From Lepidodermella squamata (taxonomy: Eukaryota > Animalia > Gastrotricha), in assembly GCA_047495785.1 (NCBI GenBank), contig JBLDXI010000028.1:620001-684000 (forward strand): 64,000 bases of DNA, read 5' to 3'. Positions 63,961 to 64,000 of the stretch are shown here, piece by piece. The position numbers were made by a program, and so were the translations under genes. Under the pieces are notes generated by a model that saw nothing but the letters and a program-made list of their open reading frames with translations, made no database searches and was not told the DNA's origin. Each line of letters starts with the position of its first letter. Position 1 is the first letter of the stretch.

Positions 63961-64000
63961 CAATTAATTAATAAATTAAATTATTTTTATTTTTCTTACG

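Noticed and set aside
1-64000. tRNA and rRNA genes
   Set aside because: No cloverleaf with A/B boxes or rRNA-like sequence recognised by eye; tRNAscan-SE or Infernal would be needed to exclude them.

Overview
Intron-containing animal (invertebrate-type) nuclear DNA; the organism cannot be named from sequence alone. Host genes in order: a 5'-incomplete ABCA transporter with both ATPase domains degenerate, an orphan type-I membrane protein, a DEAH helicase, two divergent non-alpha nicotinic-receptor-like subunits flanking an orphan membrane gene, two GBA2 glucosylceramidase paralogs, SHC, cytoplasmic dynein intermediate chain, KDSR and an FABP. Best leads: (1) An apparently intact 7.8-kb CMC/EnSpm DNA transposon (28-bp TIRs, CT TSD) in a GBA2 intron. 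It carries a 7-exon transposase and a second 8-exon gene ending in a catalytically complete OTU deubiquitinase. (2) A hidden 48-aa secreted six-cysteine peptide gene, head-to-head with a nAChR-like gene, split by a TSD-less 486-bp MITE whose ends supply in-frame splice signals (Introner-like). (3) A second six-cysteine peptide ORF nested in a GBA2 intron. (4) A GC-rich gene-conversion tract between the GBA2 paralogs. (5) A CR1-group LINE derivative with intact ORF1 and an in-frame-deleted ORF2 directly behind a single TAG. (6) Operon-like gene packing. Exon boundaries were read by eye and may be off by a few bases.
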